Source: Nitrospinales bacterium
GTDB taxonomy: Bacteria; Nitrospinota; Nitrospinia; Nitrospinales; VA-1
Assembly (NCBI GenBank): GCA_965223345.1
Contig: CBDCWG010000012.1
Span: 1,920,001 to 1,984,000, forward strand
DNA: 64,000 bases
Direction of reading: 5' to 3'
The notes beneath the pieces are model-generated. The model had not been told where the DNA came from and ran no database searches. It was given only the letters and a program-made list of their open reading frames with translations. Made by a program: the position numbers and the translations under genes. Below, in pieces: positions 29,182 through 39,327 of the stretch (position 1 is its first letter; every line of letters starts with the position of its first letter).

Positions 29182-29954
29182 TGAAACGGATCAGGTTGGC
29201 TATCCTCATTGTTTTTGGTGTTCTGTCTGCGGAGTTGGCTGCGCAGGAGAGCGAGCCGTTGCGGCTGCTGCAGGAAAAAAAGCAGTGGGAGGAGCGTCAA
29301 CTGGAGCGGCTTGCGGAAATGGTGCGGATACCGGCCGGGAAGTTCGTGATGGGGTATGACGGCGGCCAGGAGGACGAGAAGCCCGCGCACACGGTTTTCC
29401 TGGACGCGTTCGACATCGACAAATACGAGGTGACGCAGCTTGAGTACCAATCGGTGATCGGCAGCAATCCGAGTTATTTCGGCAACTGCCCGCTGTGTCC
29501 CGTCGAAAAGGTGACGCACGAAGACGCGGCGGCGTATTGTGAGAAAATCGACAAGCGCCTGCCCACCGAGGCGGAGTGGGAGAAAGCCGCGCGCGGCGGA
29601 TTGCAGGAAGTCACCTACTGGGGCGGGGATTTCCCCACGGAGTTTGCCTGGTACGGCAACAACTCCGGCCGCAGGAGCCATCCGGTGGGGACAATGAAAC
29701 CCAATCCGTTTGGTTTGCACGACATGGCCGGCAATGTGCAGGAGTGGGTGCAGGACTGGTACGATCCCGCCTATTACCGCAACAGCCCGGCTGAAAACCC
29801 CAAGGGGCCTGCCAGCGGAACCACCCGGGTGCTGCGCGGCGGTGGCTGGGGGCATGTTCCCGAACTGTTGCGCCACACCCTGCGCGAACACCGCGAACCG
29901 AAAACCCGCTACATCACCGCCGGTTTTCGCTGCGCCGCCGACCTCAAATCCTGA
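29181..29954 (+). CDS. Formylglycine-generating enzyme (SUMF1/FGE-sulfatase) domain protein, exported
   Basis: FVMG..E.PAH, RLPTEAEWEKAARGG, PNPFGLHDMAGNVQEW, RGGGW and GFRC motifs. Confidence 0.92.
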   Translation: MKRIRLAILIVFGVLSAELAAQESEPLRLLQEKKQWEERQLERLAEMVRIPAGKFVMGYDGGQEDEKPAHTVFLDAFDIDKYEVTQLEYQSVIGSNPSYFGNCPLCPVEKVTHEDAAAYCEKIDKRLPTEAEWEKAARGGLQEVTYWGGDFPTEFAWYGNNSGRRSHPVGTMKPNPFGLHDMAGNVQEWVQDWYDPAYYRNSPAENPKGPASGTTRVLRGGGWGHVPELLRHTLREHREPKTRYITAGFRCAADLKS

Positions 29955-29960
29955 AACAGT

Positions 29961-30569
29961 ATGAGCGGATCGGACGAGCTGGGCTACACGCAGAACGACT
30001 GGCAGGGCCATTACGATGCGGACGATCTGAAATGGGATCTGGGAAAACCGGCGCCGCCTTTCGTCCACTACTGGCAACAGCAGGCTCCGGCGCCGGGCGC
30101 GGCGATCGTGCCGGGCTGCGGCCGCGGGCACGAGGTGGTGTTTCTGATCCGGCAGGGGTTTCGCGTTACCGCGGTCGATTACGCGGCGGGGGCTGTGCAG
30201 CGGCTCAACCGCGCGCTCGCGCAGGCGGGGCTGGAAGCCGCGGTCTTGCAGATGGATTTTTTCGATCTGGATGCAAGCCACGACAACCGCTACGACCTGA
30301 TGCTGGAACACACGTTTTTCTGTGCCATCCATCCGTCGCAGCGCGAAGCGTATGTCGCCATCGCCGGCCGGATCCTCAAGCCGGGCGGGTTGCTGGTGGC
30401 GCTGTTCTACGAGACCGGAGAGAATGGCGGCCCGCCGTTCAACACGCCCGAAGAGGAAGTGCGGCGGCATTTTTCCGGCCGCTTTGTCATCGAGAGGCTG
30501 GAGAGAACCCCGCATTCCGACGAGCGGCGCAAGGACAAGGAATGGTTCGCGCTGATCCGCAAAAAGTGA
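29961..30569 (+). CDS. TPMT-like / thiol SAM-dependent methyltransferase
   Basis: WDLGKPAP, VPGCGRGHE, EHTFFCAI and GPPF motifs. Confidence 0.88.
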   Translation: MSGSDELGYTQNDWQGHYDADDLKWDLGKPAPPFVHYWQQQAPAPGAAIVPGCGRGHEVVFLIRQGFRVTAVDYAAGAVQRLNRALAQAGLEAAVLQMDFFDLDASHDNRYDLMLEHTFFCAIHPSQREAYVAIAGRILKPGGLLVALFYETGENGGPPFNTPEEEVRRHFSGRFVIERLERTPHSDERRKDKEWFALIRKK

Positions 30570-30669
30570 AGCTGGGTTTTATGCGCGATCGATTCCGGTG
30601 GTATAATTTTCAATTGGGGAGCGCCCGACACGGCTCATCTTATGATGACTCATTCCAACGCGACCGAAA

Positions 30670-32088
30670 ATGAAAACGATTAAAAAGAAAATCTATTCTG
30701 GAATATTCCGCGATGGCGGCGCGGGGCCCAATGCCAAGCGCCGTTTTCGTGAGCGGCGCAAAAAACTGATGCAGCGCGAAAACAAGCTCATGGTGATCAC
30801 GGGTGTTCCGTACGGGCCCGGTGGCGAGACGGTCTGGTCGTACGCGCACTCGCCGACCTACCAGGAACCCGCCATGATGTACCTGACGGGCATCAATCAG
30901 TCCAATGTGATCCTGCTTTTGGACCCCGGCTCGAAAGAATCGAAGGAAATCCTGTTCGTGGACGAGAAGGATCCGAAGAACGAATTCTGGAACGGCATCC
31001 GCTTCGGCGTGGGCGATCCCAAAAGCGTTAAGGAAGTGCAGCGGGTGACGGGCATCGAGGATGTGCGCGACATTCGCGATTTCAAGATCGTTTTGAAGGA
31101 GTGTTATCTCAAACAGAAAAAGAAACAGCTGGGCACGTTGTGGATGGAGGGAACCCGCAACGGACGCAAGAAAATCATCCGCACCGATCACAACTGGGAA
31201 TTCAAATCGCAGGTTGCGCGCTGGGTACGGGCGTGGAATTCTGGGAGCGGCGAGGTGGTGAACATCATGAAGAACCACTTCGACCTCAGGCTGCCGCTCG
31301 ACAAATACGACGAGGCCAACACGAAAAAGGCCAACGAGATCACCGGCCGTGCCTTTCGCGCGACGCTGGGGAAATTCCGCGAGTTCCACAACGAGGCCCA
31401 GGTGCAGGGGTACCTGGAAGGCCAGATGCTGATGAATTCCTCTTTCGGGTTGAGCTTCCCTTCCATCGTCGCTTCCGGGCGCAACGCCACCGTGCTGCAT
31501 TACATGAAGAACGACGACGATTTTTCCCGCGGCGAACTGGTGCTCATCGATTTCGGTGTGCGCTGGATGACGATGCACGCGGACATCTCGCGCACCGTGC
31601 CGGCATCGGGAAAATTCAATCCGCTGCAGAGGATGCTCTATGAGATCGTGCTCAACGCGCAGCTGGAAGTACAGAAAATGGCCAAAATGGGCCTCACCAT
31701 CGATGCGCTCAACGACCGTTGCTGGGAGACGGTGAATGCGGGGCTGCACAAACGGTTCCACGGGGCGGGCGGCAAGTGCAAGCTGCGCTACAAGGACCGG
31801 CCGCACGGCGTCAGCCACCTGATGGGAGAGCAGGAGCACGACGGCGATCCCTTCCGCAATTATTCCAAGGAGCCGATGAAGGCGGGGTGGCTGATCAGCA
31901 ACGAGCCGGGGGTGTACGGCGAGTTCAAGATCAAGCTGGATGGAAAGACCTACGACGAAGAGATCGGCATTCGCATCGAGGACAATCTGCTGATCACGGA
32001 GAAAGGCTGCCGCAATATGTCGCGGTCGGTGCCCAAATCCGTGGCGGAGATCGAAATGCTGATGGCGGGACCCGCACAGGAGAAATAG
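30670..32088 (+). CDS. pepP: Xaa-Pro aminopeptidase (M24B)
   Basis: AMP_N-like N-terminus; LHY, LIDFG, ADISRT, HGVSH, NEPGVY and GIRIEDN motifs. Confidence 0.85.
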   Translation: MKTIKKKIYSGIFRDGGAGPNAKRRFRERRKKLMQRENKLMVITGVPYGPGGETVWSYAHSPTYQEPAMMYLTGINQSNVILLLDPGSKESKEILFVDEKDPKNEFWNGIRFGVGDPKSVKEVQRVTGIEDVRDIRDFKIVLKECYLKQKKKQLGTLWMEGTRNGRKKIIRTDHNWEFKSQVARWVRAWNSGSGEVVNIMKNHFDLRLPLDKYDEANTKKANEITGRAFRATLGKFREFHNEAQVQGYLEGQMLMNSSFGLSFPSIVASGRNATVLHYMKNDDDFSRGELVLIDFGVRWMTMHADISRTVPASGKFNPLQRMLYEIVLNAQLEVQKMAKMGLTIDALNDRCWETVNAGLHKRFHGAGGKCKLRYKDRPHGVSHLMGEQEHDGDPFRNYSKEPMKAGWLISNEPGVYGEFKIKLDGKTYDEEIGIRIEDNLLITEKGCRNMSRSVPKSVAEIEMLMAGPAQEK

Positions 32089-32174
32089 GACGGATTCGCT
32101 CAGGCAACGTACCGCATTGCAGCGGTTCGTGTGCGGAGCTGCCGATGGGGCGGCGATGGATTTTTACCGGATCG

Positions 32175-32633
32175 TCACAGCTCCTTGAGCGCCGCCAGCA
32201 CTTCGTCCACGTGGCCTTTCACCTTCACCTTGGGGAAAATCTTCGCGACCTTTCCCGCTTTGTCGATGATGAAGGTGCTCCGCACCACCCCCATGAATTT
32301 TTTCCCGTACATGCTTTTTTCCTGCCACACCCCGTATTTGTTCACGATCTTTTGATCGGTGTCCGCGATGAGGTCGAAGGGGAGGCCGTACTTTTCGATG
32401 AACTTCTGGTGACGCTCGGGAGGATCGATGCTGACACCCAGCACGACGGTGTTTTTGAATTTTTTATGGTTGTCCTTGAAGTCGCAGGCTTCGGTCGTGC
32501 AGCCGGGGGTCATGTCCTTGGGGTAAAAATATAGAACGACGTTTTTTTTCCCTTGAAAGGAACTGAGTTTTATTTTTTTGGAGTCCTGGTTCAGTCCAGT
32601 AAAGTCGGGAGCCTTGTTGCCTTCCTTCACCAT
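32175..32633 (-). CDS. bcp: Peroxiredoxin BCP
   Basis: LYFYPKDMTPGCTTEACDF and RSTFIID motifs. Confidence 0.95.
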   Translation of the reverse strand: MVKEGNKAPDFTGLNQDSKKIKLSSFQGKKNVVLYFYPKDMTPGCTTEACDFKDNHKKFKNTVVLGVSIDPPERHQKFIEKYGLPFDLIADTDQKIVNKYGVWQEKSMYGKKFMGVVRSTFIIDKAGKVAKIFPKVKVKGHVDEVLAALKEL

Positions 32634-32661
32634 CGTTTTGTGTGAATCCTTTCTATAAAGA

Positions 32662-33114
32662 TCACTCACCCAGTTTTGCCAGCAAGGCCGTTGCCTTTTC
32701 GTTGATGGCCTGCACTCTTTCCAGAATTTTTTTCGGTGGCGTCCGGTCGGGATTCATGTTGAAAATCATTCTGCCATCGCCGATCAGGCTCTGGATTTCA
32801 TGGAACAGTTCCGGGCCCGGTTTTTTCCCGTTTTCACACATGTCTTCAAAAATGGTGATGGTGCGCCGCATTTTTCCGTCGGTTTGCAGTCCGAGCACGG
32901 ATTTTTCCTTCAAGCCGGGGGTTTTTTCCATGAAGCCCCACAATCCTCCTTTGGTTTGAATGACGTCGAAACTGCCAACCAGTTCCTTGCCGCCTTGAAC
33001 GCATCGGTCGGCTGCGAATGCGGCGCTTCCACCGAATGCCAGGAAGTACACGGAGACAAGTGCGAACACAAATTTACAACGGGGGCTCCCGCGGAGGTGC
33101 GGATGTTTGACCAT
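32662..33114 (-). CDS. Hypothetical exported protein
   Basis: Signal peptide ending AFA; two Cys in the mature part; co-oriented with bcp. Confidence 0.65.
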   Translation of the reverse strand: MVKHPHLRGSPRCKFVFALVSVYFLAFGGSAAFAADRCVQGGKELVGSFDVIQTKGGLWGFMEKTPGLKEKSVLGLQTDGKMRRTITIFEDMCENGKKPGPELFHEIQSLIGDGRMIFNMNPDRTPPKKILERVQAINEKATALLAKLGE

Positions 33115-33330
33115 GTTCCTTTCTCCTACTTTCAAGGTTGGGCACTTTGCGCGGGATAACGCAAATTGCTGTGAAGATAATTTTTTTGGAAGATTAAATC
33201 ATTTAACAGGAACGGTAAACCAATGTCAAACTTAATATTTTATAGGGTCTTTGGGGAAGAGGATGCAATGGAAGGTGGATGAAAAAATGGCGTCCGGTCT
33301 TCGGGAAAAGGATAGCGGCTGCGGGCGCCA

Positions 33331-34953
33331 TCAGGGCATCAGGTTTTTATAGCCTTCTGTATTCCTTAAGCTTTCAAATATCGGATCGGACTCAATGCGG
33401 GATCGCATGGCGGGGTTGATCTGGACGATCTTCTCCAGGTTTTTCAGGCTTTCCGATCGGTTGCCGTTCTTCACATACGCCTGGGCGAGGAGGAAGCGGT
33501 GGGCGATGATGTTTTCGTGATTGGGATGGGCGATGAGAACCCTTTCGAGTATGGATATCGCCCGGCTGTTGTTGCCGCTTTTGTAATAGGCGGTGGCGGT
33601 GTTCAGCAGGCTGTCCAGGTGATCCGGGTCCATGCGGACCACCATCGAATAGATGGCGATGGCGCGGTCGTACATCTTGTAATGCGCGAAAATCTCGCCC
33701 TTTCGATTCAGCGCCCGAGTGGGCTCAATGAAGATCTCGTCGCGGCTGTAGAGCACGGCGGGTTTTTCGTCTTCGGATAACTGCTTGAGGGAAATTTTTG
33801 CCAGATTGCCGGGATCTCCCAGCGTTCTGGCTTTCTCATAGTATTCCCGCGCCTGATCGAGTTTCCCCTGGATGATGCGGATGTCGCCGAGTTCCTGATA
33901 ACCGCGCGCCTGTTTTGGCTTGTCTTGCCCGGCCAGCTTGATGAACTGCTGCACGGCCTTTTCCGCCGCATCCAGCCGCAACAGCAGGCTGCACATGCCC
34001 ACATGGATTTCGTTGATTTTGGCATCGTCCGGTTTGATGCGGGCCGCCGTCTCGATTTCGATGAAGGAAAGCCCGTACTTCCCGGACTGGTAATAGGCCC
34101 TCGATTTGCTCAGATGGTATTCGTGCGGCTCGATTTTGAGCGGCAGTTTTTCGATGGCGTTGCTGTTGACCAGTTTCAGCAGGCGGTTTGCGGATTTGAC
34201 CTTGGGGTGTTCCAGGCGGGTTTCCAGAATCCGGAAGATATGGGTTTTGGATTTCTCGGCTTTTCCCTGTGCGGCGTACAGGTAGGCGATCTCGTAATTG
34301 GCGTCGAGATTGTTTTCATCCAGCGCGATGGTTTTCAGAAACGCATTTTCGGCGTCCTCGATGCGGTTGAGGTAGTAATAGTTCATCCCCATGTCCAGCG
34401 GATAGCGCGGGTTTTTCGGATCCAGCCTTTCGGCTGTTTGGAGCGCCTCGATGGCTTCCTCCATTTTTCCCAACGCCGCCAGCGTGAGGGCGTATTCGTA
34501 ATGCGCCTGCGGCGACTGCGCGTGTTGTTGCACCGCGATTTCGCAGCCCCGTTCCGAAAGCCGTCCTTTGCCCAGGTTGCGGTAGACCTGGCAAAAGCTG
34601 TAGTGCAGGGCCGGGTGCTGCCGGTCGATCACATGGCCTTCCAAGAGCGATTGCAGCGCTTCCCGGTGCTTGCCCATTTCGCCCAGAACGAGGCCGGTCA
34701 GGATGCGGGCGGTGCTGTCCGTGGAATTCGTGCGGGATTTTTCCTCGAGGATTTTGAGAGCTTCCGCGGGCTTGTTTTCACGCATCAGATCGTGCACCCG
34801 CTGATATTCGGGGTCCCGGCTTTCCTGGTTGACGGAAAGATCCCAGTGGGCGATGGATTTGTCCGGGAAGACCGCTTGCGCCGGTGCGGCGAGCAAGGTG
34901 CAGAGGATCCAGGCTGCAACCGCAGCGGTTCGGGTTGTGACGGGTGCTTTCAT
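33331..34953 (-). CDS. Exported TPR-repeat protein
   Basis: Signal peptide (PAQA) and multiple TPR motifs. Confidence 0.85.
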   Translation of the reverse strand: MKAPVTTRTAAVAAWILCTLLAAPAQAVFPDKSIAHWDLSVNQESRDPEYQRVHDLMRENKPAEALKILEEKSRTNSTDSTARILTGLVLGEMGKHREALQSLLEGHVIDRQHPALHYSFCQVYRNLGKGRLSERGCEIAVQQHAQSPQAHYEYALTLAALGKMEEAIEALQTAERLDPKNPRYPLDMGMNYYYLNRIEDAENAFLKTIALDENNLDANYEIAYLYAAQGKAEKSKTHIFRILETRLEHPKVKSANRLLKLVNSNAIEKLPLKIEPHEYHLSKSRAYYQSGKYGLSFIEIETAARIKPDDAKINEIHVGMCSLLLRLDAAEKAVQQFIKLAGQDKPKQARGYQELGDIRIIQGKLDQAREYYEKARTLGDPGNLAKISLKQLSEDEKPAVLYSRDEIFIEPTRALNRKGEIFAHYKMYDRAIAIYSMVVRMDPDHLDSLLNTATAYYKSGNNSRAISILERVLIAHPNHENIIAHRFLLAQAYVKNGNRSESLKNLEKIVQINPAMRSRIESDPIFESLRNTEGYKNLMP

Positions 34954-34975
34954 GGCTTGACCTTTGGTTGAACGT

Positions 34976-35542
34976 TCACGGGGCGGCCTGCCGCACGGCG
35001 CGTACGGCTCGCCGGCCCTTCGATTTTTTGGAGCTGCTGAACCGGTCCCCGGTGTTGAACACCACGCCGAACGCGTTGTAGCGCCCGTTGGTCTCGGTGG
35101 TCCACAAAGAGCCGCTTCCCTCGGGGGCAAAAATGGGGTCCATGTGCAGGTTCATTTCAGTGCCCACCTGGGCGCTGTTGAATTTGTCCGGGTCGAACAG
35201 GGTCTGCAGTTCTTTCACCGTCGGCACCTTCCAGTCGATGTGATCGGCGAACGCATCCTGATTGAGCTGGTTGACATACTCGAAAGCCTGGAACCAGTCC
35301 ATCCAGTGGCCCTTGTGCTGGTAGGAATCCTGTTGCATCCACATCAGCCCGGTGCGGGTGTCGGTGACGGTGCCGTCGCCGTTGTCGATGAAGCGCTTGT
35401 CCTCGGAAACCCGGGTTGCCGGCGCGGTTTCCGTCTGGGCCCATTCGGGCCAGATCGATGCGATCAGTAGGGCGAATGCCGCTGCCAGGAGATATTGCAG
35501 TCTGAACGGATGGGTCGATGAAGTGCTGTTGTCTGTGCGCAT
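34976..35542 (-). CDS. DUF1566 (Lcl C-terminal) domain protein
   Basis: RFIDNGDGTVTDTRTGLMW, DWKVPTVKEL and VRAVR motifs. Confidence 0.88.
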   Translation of the reverse strand: MRTDNSTSSTHPFRLQYLLAAAFALLIASIWPEWAQTETAPATRVSEDKRFIDNGDGTVTDTRTGLMWMQQDSYQHKGHWMDWFQAFEYVNQLNQDAFADHIDWKVPTVKELQTLFDPDKFNSAQVGTEMNLHMDPIFAPEGSGSLWTTETNGRYNAFGVVFNTGDRFSSSKKSKGRRAVRAVRQAAP

Positions 35543-35553
35543 GGTTTTGGGAC

Positions 35554-36996
35554 TCAGGATGAGCCGAGTTTTTCCTTCAATAATTCGTTGACCAGGGCCG
35601 GATTGGCCTGGCCTTTGCTGGCTTTCATGACCTGTCCGACAAAATAGCCGAACAGTTTTTCCTTGCCGTTGCGGTAACCTTCCAGTTGTTCGGGATTGGC
35701 GGCCAGCACGTCGTCGATCCATTGTGTGATGGCGGAATCGTCGGTGACCTGGGTCAAGCCTTTTTCCTCGACGATCGTCGCCGCCGGTTTGCCGGTCTGC
35801 ACCATTTCCTCGAACACGGTTTTGGCGATCTTCGCGCTGATGGTGCCTTTGTCGATCAGCTGCAGCAGGCCGGTCAGCCCTTCCGGTGAAACCGGGCTGT
35901 GCTCGATCCCGCGGCCGTCGTTTTTCAATTCGCGCAGCAGCTCGCCCATGATCCAGTTGCTGATGAGCTTGGGCTGGTTCAACAGCGCGATGCAGCGCTC
36001 GAAATAATCCGCCAGCGGCTGGGAAGCGGTCAGGACGCCCGCATCGTATTCGGGGATGCCGTATTCGGAGACGAAGCGCCGGCGTTTCTGTTCGGGAAGC
36101 TCCGGCAGGGTTTTGCGGATCGATTCGACCCAGGCGTCGTCGAGCGCGACGTGCACCAGGTCCGGTTCCGGAAAGTACCGGTAATCGTGCGCTTCTTCCT
36201 TGCTGCGCATGGAAAAGGTCACGCCCTTGTCCGCATCGTACAGCCGGGTCTCCTGCACCACCGCATCGCCCTGGTCGAGGATTTTGCTCTGGCGCTCCAC
36301 TTCGTATTCGATGGCTTTTTGCACGAAGCGGAAGGAATTGAGGTTTTTCAGCTCGGTGCGGGTTCCGAATGCTTCCTGGCCCACGGGGCGCAGCGAAACA
36401 TTGGCGTCGCAGCGCAGGCTGCCTTCTTCCATGTTGCAGTCGCTGATCTCGGAGTATTCCAGGATGGCCTTGAGCTGCGACAGGTATTCGCGCGCTTCTT
36501 CCGGCGTTCTCAGGTCGGGCTCGCTGACGATCTCGACGAGTGGCACGCCGGTGCGGTTGAAATCGACGTAGCTTTTTCCGGGGTTGCCCAGGTTTTCCCC
36601 GTGGATCAGCTTGCCGGCATCTTCTTCCATGTGGATGCGGGTGAGGCGGATGCGTTTGCTCTTGCCGTCCACGGTGATGTTGACGTGGCCGTCCAGTCCC
36701 AGGGGCAGATCGAACTGCGAGATCTGGTAACCCTTGGGAAGGTCGGGATAGAAGTAGTTCTTGCGGGCGAACTGGTTGTGCGGGGCGATTTTGCAGCCGG
36801 TCGCCAGGCAGGCTTTGGCGGCGAACTCCACCGCCTGCCTGTTGAGAACGGGCAACACTCCCGGCATTCCCAGACACACCGGGCAGGTGTTTTCGTTGGC
36901 GGGGCGGCCGAATTCGGTGGAGCAGGAGCAGAAAATTTTTGTCCGGGTTTTAAGCTGGACGTGGACTTCCAGTCCGATGACGATTTCGTACTTCAT
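35554..36996 (-). CDS. gatB: Asp/Glu-tRNA amidotransferase subunit B
   Basis: [32 protein letters not shown] and YRYFPEPDL motifs. Confidence 0.98.
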   Translation of the reverse strand: MKYEIVIGLEVHVQLKTRTKIFCSCSTEFGRPANENTCPVCLGMPGVLPVLNRQAVEFAAKACLATGCKIAPHNQFARKNYFYPDLPKGYQISQFDLPLGLDGHVNITVDGKSKRIRLTRIHMEEDAGKLIHGENLGNPGKSYVDFNRTGVPLVEIVSEPDLRTPEEAREYLSQLKAILEYSEISDCNMEEGSLRCDANVSLRPVGQEAFGTRTELKNLNSFRFVQKAIEYEVERQSKILDQGDAVVQETRLYDADKGVTFSMRSKEEAHDYRYFPEPDLVHVALDDAWVESIRKTLPELPEQKRRRFVSEYGIPEYDAGVLTASQPLADYFERCIALLNQPKLISNWIMGELLRELKNDGRGIEHSPVSPEGLTGLLQLIDKGTISAKIAKTVFEEMVQTGKPAATIVEEKGLTQVTDDSAITQWIDDVLAANPEQLEGYRNGKEKLFGYFVGQVMKASKGQANPALVNELLKEKLGSS

Positions 36997-37129
36997 GAAG
37001 GAAAACCTGCGATCTGTTCAGGGCAATCCGCGGCGTTCAAACCTGGAAGGCACGGGCAACCTGTGGCTGGACGGTGGATTTTCGTTAAGTCATTGTAATG
37101 GCCACCAAAATTCCAGTCAAGTGCCGAGA

Positions 37130-37870
37130 TCAGCGCAGGGTTTTGCCCCCATCGACCGGCAGGACGGTTCCCGTCACGAAGGAGGATTCGTCGCTGGCCA
37201 GAAACAGGCAGGCCCGGGCGACGTCCTCCGGAGTTCCGAAGCGCCGCAACGGGTAGGTTTTCAACAGCTCTTTCTCCCGCGTCTTGTCCTTGCGGATGTC
37301 CGCGGTCATGTCGGTCTCGATCATTCCCGGGCAGATGGCGTTGGAGCGGATGCCGCTGGGGCCGTATTCGATGGCGATCGAACGGCTGAAATGCGTGAGG
37401 GCGCCTTTGGAGACGCTGTAGGCGGCGGTTCCCGGCGCCGATATGAGCCCGAGGATGGAGCTGATATGGATGATGCTGCCCCGTTTGTTCTCGAGCATCG
37501 ACGGGATGACTTTCTGCGTCACTTTGTACACGCTTTTCAAATTGATGTTCAGCATGTCGTCCCAGTGGTCTTCGTCCATTTTTTCGAACGGGGAGGTGTC
37601 GAACATGCCGGCGTTGTTCACAAGAATATCGATGCTTCCCAACCGGTCGAGGGCCGAATCCACCAGAATCTGGATGTCCTCCTCGCGGGTGAGGTCCCCG
37701 CACACGGCGTGGACGTTCTCGCCGATATCACGCACCGCGGCCTCGAGTTTTTTCTTCCGGCGGCCGAATATCACCACTTTGGCGCCCTCTCTGCAGAAGA
37801 GCTGGGCGCAGCTGAAACCGACCCCGGTGCCGCCTCCGGTGATGATCGCTGTTTTGTTTTTGAGTCGCAT
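37130..37870 (-). CDS. SDR family oxidoreductase
   Basis: TGGGTGVG, NNAG, YSVSK and VDGG motifs. Confidence 0.93.
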   Translation of the reverse strand: MRLKNKTAIITGGGTGVGFSCAQLFCREGAKVVIFGRRKKKLEAAVRDIGENVHAVCGDLTREEDIQILVDSALDRLGSIDILVNNAGMFDTSPFEKMDEDHWDDMLNINLKSVYKVTQKVIPSMLENKRGSIIHISSILGLISAPGTAAYSVSKGALTHFSRSIAIEYGPSGIRSNAICPGMIETDMTADIRKDKTREKELLKTYPLRRFGTPEDVARACLFLASDESSFVTGTVLPVDGGKTLR

Positions 37871-38031
37871 TGAATCTCCCGGATTTTTTATTGATTGAAT
37901 TACAATGTATAATAAGAACTTGAGCTCAGTTGAAATCCATCCTAGGGGATTGTGACAAAAACTCCGGCTTCACGTTATTGATTTGGGCTTCGGACATCTC
38001 CTTCGGGTGTGGCTGTGAAAGGTGTGCAAAC

Positions 38032-38280
38032 ATGACTTTGATGAAGGGCATTTATTACGGATTCGGTGCTTTTATCGGCCTGGTTTGCGGCAGTGTCATC
38101 AATCTGATCTTCTACTGGGTCGAAAAATCCGGCACCCCGTTTGCTGCGAATTTGGTGCGGGATTATGGGGCTTTTGGCAAATACATCCTCGAGTTGATCA
38201 ACGCGCTGCCCTTTTTCGGAGCCGCGCTGGGGATCATTCTGGTCAAAGTGCTGTTTGGCAAAGAGCTGGAAAACAAATGA
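38032..38280 (+). CDS. Small two-TM membrane protein
   Basis: Two hydrophobic helices; AAGGTG RBS before ATG 38032. Confidence 0.65.
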   Translation: MTLMKGIYYGFGAFIGLVCGSVINLIFYWVEKSGTPFAANLVRDYGAFGKYILELINALPFFGAALGIILVKVLFGKELENK

Positions 38281-38446
38281 TCCTTCCGCCGGCGCCCGGC
38301 AGCATGGGGAAGGGCAAAGCTTTGAAAAACGGTACTTTTTGCTTCAAAGGCTGTGGGTCGTTCTCCGTCAACCCCGGGGGGCTCTCAGGCCCGATTTAAT
38401 GGTAAAATAGAAATTGCGATGTGCAAAATGAAAACTGGACCGGAGA

Positions 38447-38653
38447 ATGTCGAAAAAATTTAATGAAAATCTGAAAAAAGCTCTGGGAAAAACTCAGGAA
38501 GCGGTGGAAATCTGCAAACAGGCCATGATCGACGCCAACGACGAAAGCTGCCGCGCCATGTACCAGGCCATACTAAAAGATTGCGAAAAACATATCAAGA
38601 TGCTGGAAGAAGAAATCGACCTCCATAAAGTGCAAAAAAAGTGGGAAGGTTGA
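38447..38653 (+). CDS. Small helical protein resembling half of a ferritin-like bundle
   Basis: EA..ICKQA...DESCRAMYQAILKDCEKH pattern; GGAG RBS; abuts the response regulator. Confidence 0.7.
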   Translation: MSKKFNENLKKALGKTQEAVEICKQAMIDANDESCRAMYQAILKDCEKHIKMLEEEIDLHKVQKKWEG

Positions 38654-39322
38654 ATGCGTATTCTGATCATTGAAGACGAAAAGAAAGTCGCCGGCTTCAT
38701 TAAAAAAGGCCTGGAAGAGGAGACCTATGCCGTGGATGTGGCCTACGACGGCGAAGAAGGGCTTTACATGGGCCAGCAGAGCCAGTACGACCTGATCATC
38801 CTGGATCTGATGCTCCCGGTGATCGACGGGCTGGAAGTGTTGTCGCGTTTCCGCAAAGAGAAGATCGACACGCCCGTGCTTCTGCTGACGGCCAAGGATT
38901 CGGTGGAGGACAAGGTCACCGGGCTCAACACCGGCGCCGATGATTATCTGACCAAGCCGTTCGCGTTCTCCGAACTGCTGGCGCGCATCCGGGTGCTGCT
39001 GCGCCGGGGCAAGGCCGAAACCAAGACCGTGCTGCAGATCGACGGGCTGACGCTGGATCTGGTCAGCCACAAGGTCAAGCGGCACGGCGAGGAAATCGAT
39101 CTGACCGGCAAAGAATACAGCCTGCTCGAATACTTCATGCGCAACCAGGGCAAGGTGCTGACGCGCACCATGATCGCCGAGCACGTTTGGGACTATAACT
39201 TCGACACCTTCACCAACGTGATCGACGTGTACGTCAATCACCTGCGCAAAAAGATCGACAAAAACTACCCCAAAAAACTCCTGCACACGCTTCGGGGCGT
39301 CGGGTATATCATGAAAGAGTAG
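38654..39322 (+). CDS. Heavy-metal response regulator (CusR/CzcR type, OmpR family)
   Basis: DLIILDLMLP, GADDYLTKPF, VWDYNFD..TNVIDVYV and HTLRGVGY motifs. Confidence 0.92.
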   Translation: MRILIIEDEKKVAGFIKKGLEEETYAVDVAYDGEEGLYMGQQSQYDLIILDLMLPVIDGLEVLSRFRKEKIDTPVLLLTAKDSVEDKVTGLNTGADDYLTKPFAFSELLARIRVLLRRGKAETKTVLQIDGLTLDLVSHKVKRHGEEIDLTGKEYSLLEYFMRNQGKVLTRTMIAEHVWDYNFDTFTNVIDVYVNHLRKKIDKNYPKKLLHTLRGVGYIMKE

Positions 39323-39327
39323 GTGTC

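Noticed and set aside
27010..30515. Very long antisense or alternative-frame ORFs (27010-29160, 28512-30515, also 43340-45424, 22147-23973, 34976-36877)
   Set aside because: They shadow well-supported genes and are expected from GC-rich codon bias. Only the 3' part of 34976-36877 (DUF1566) is real.
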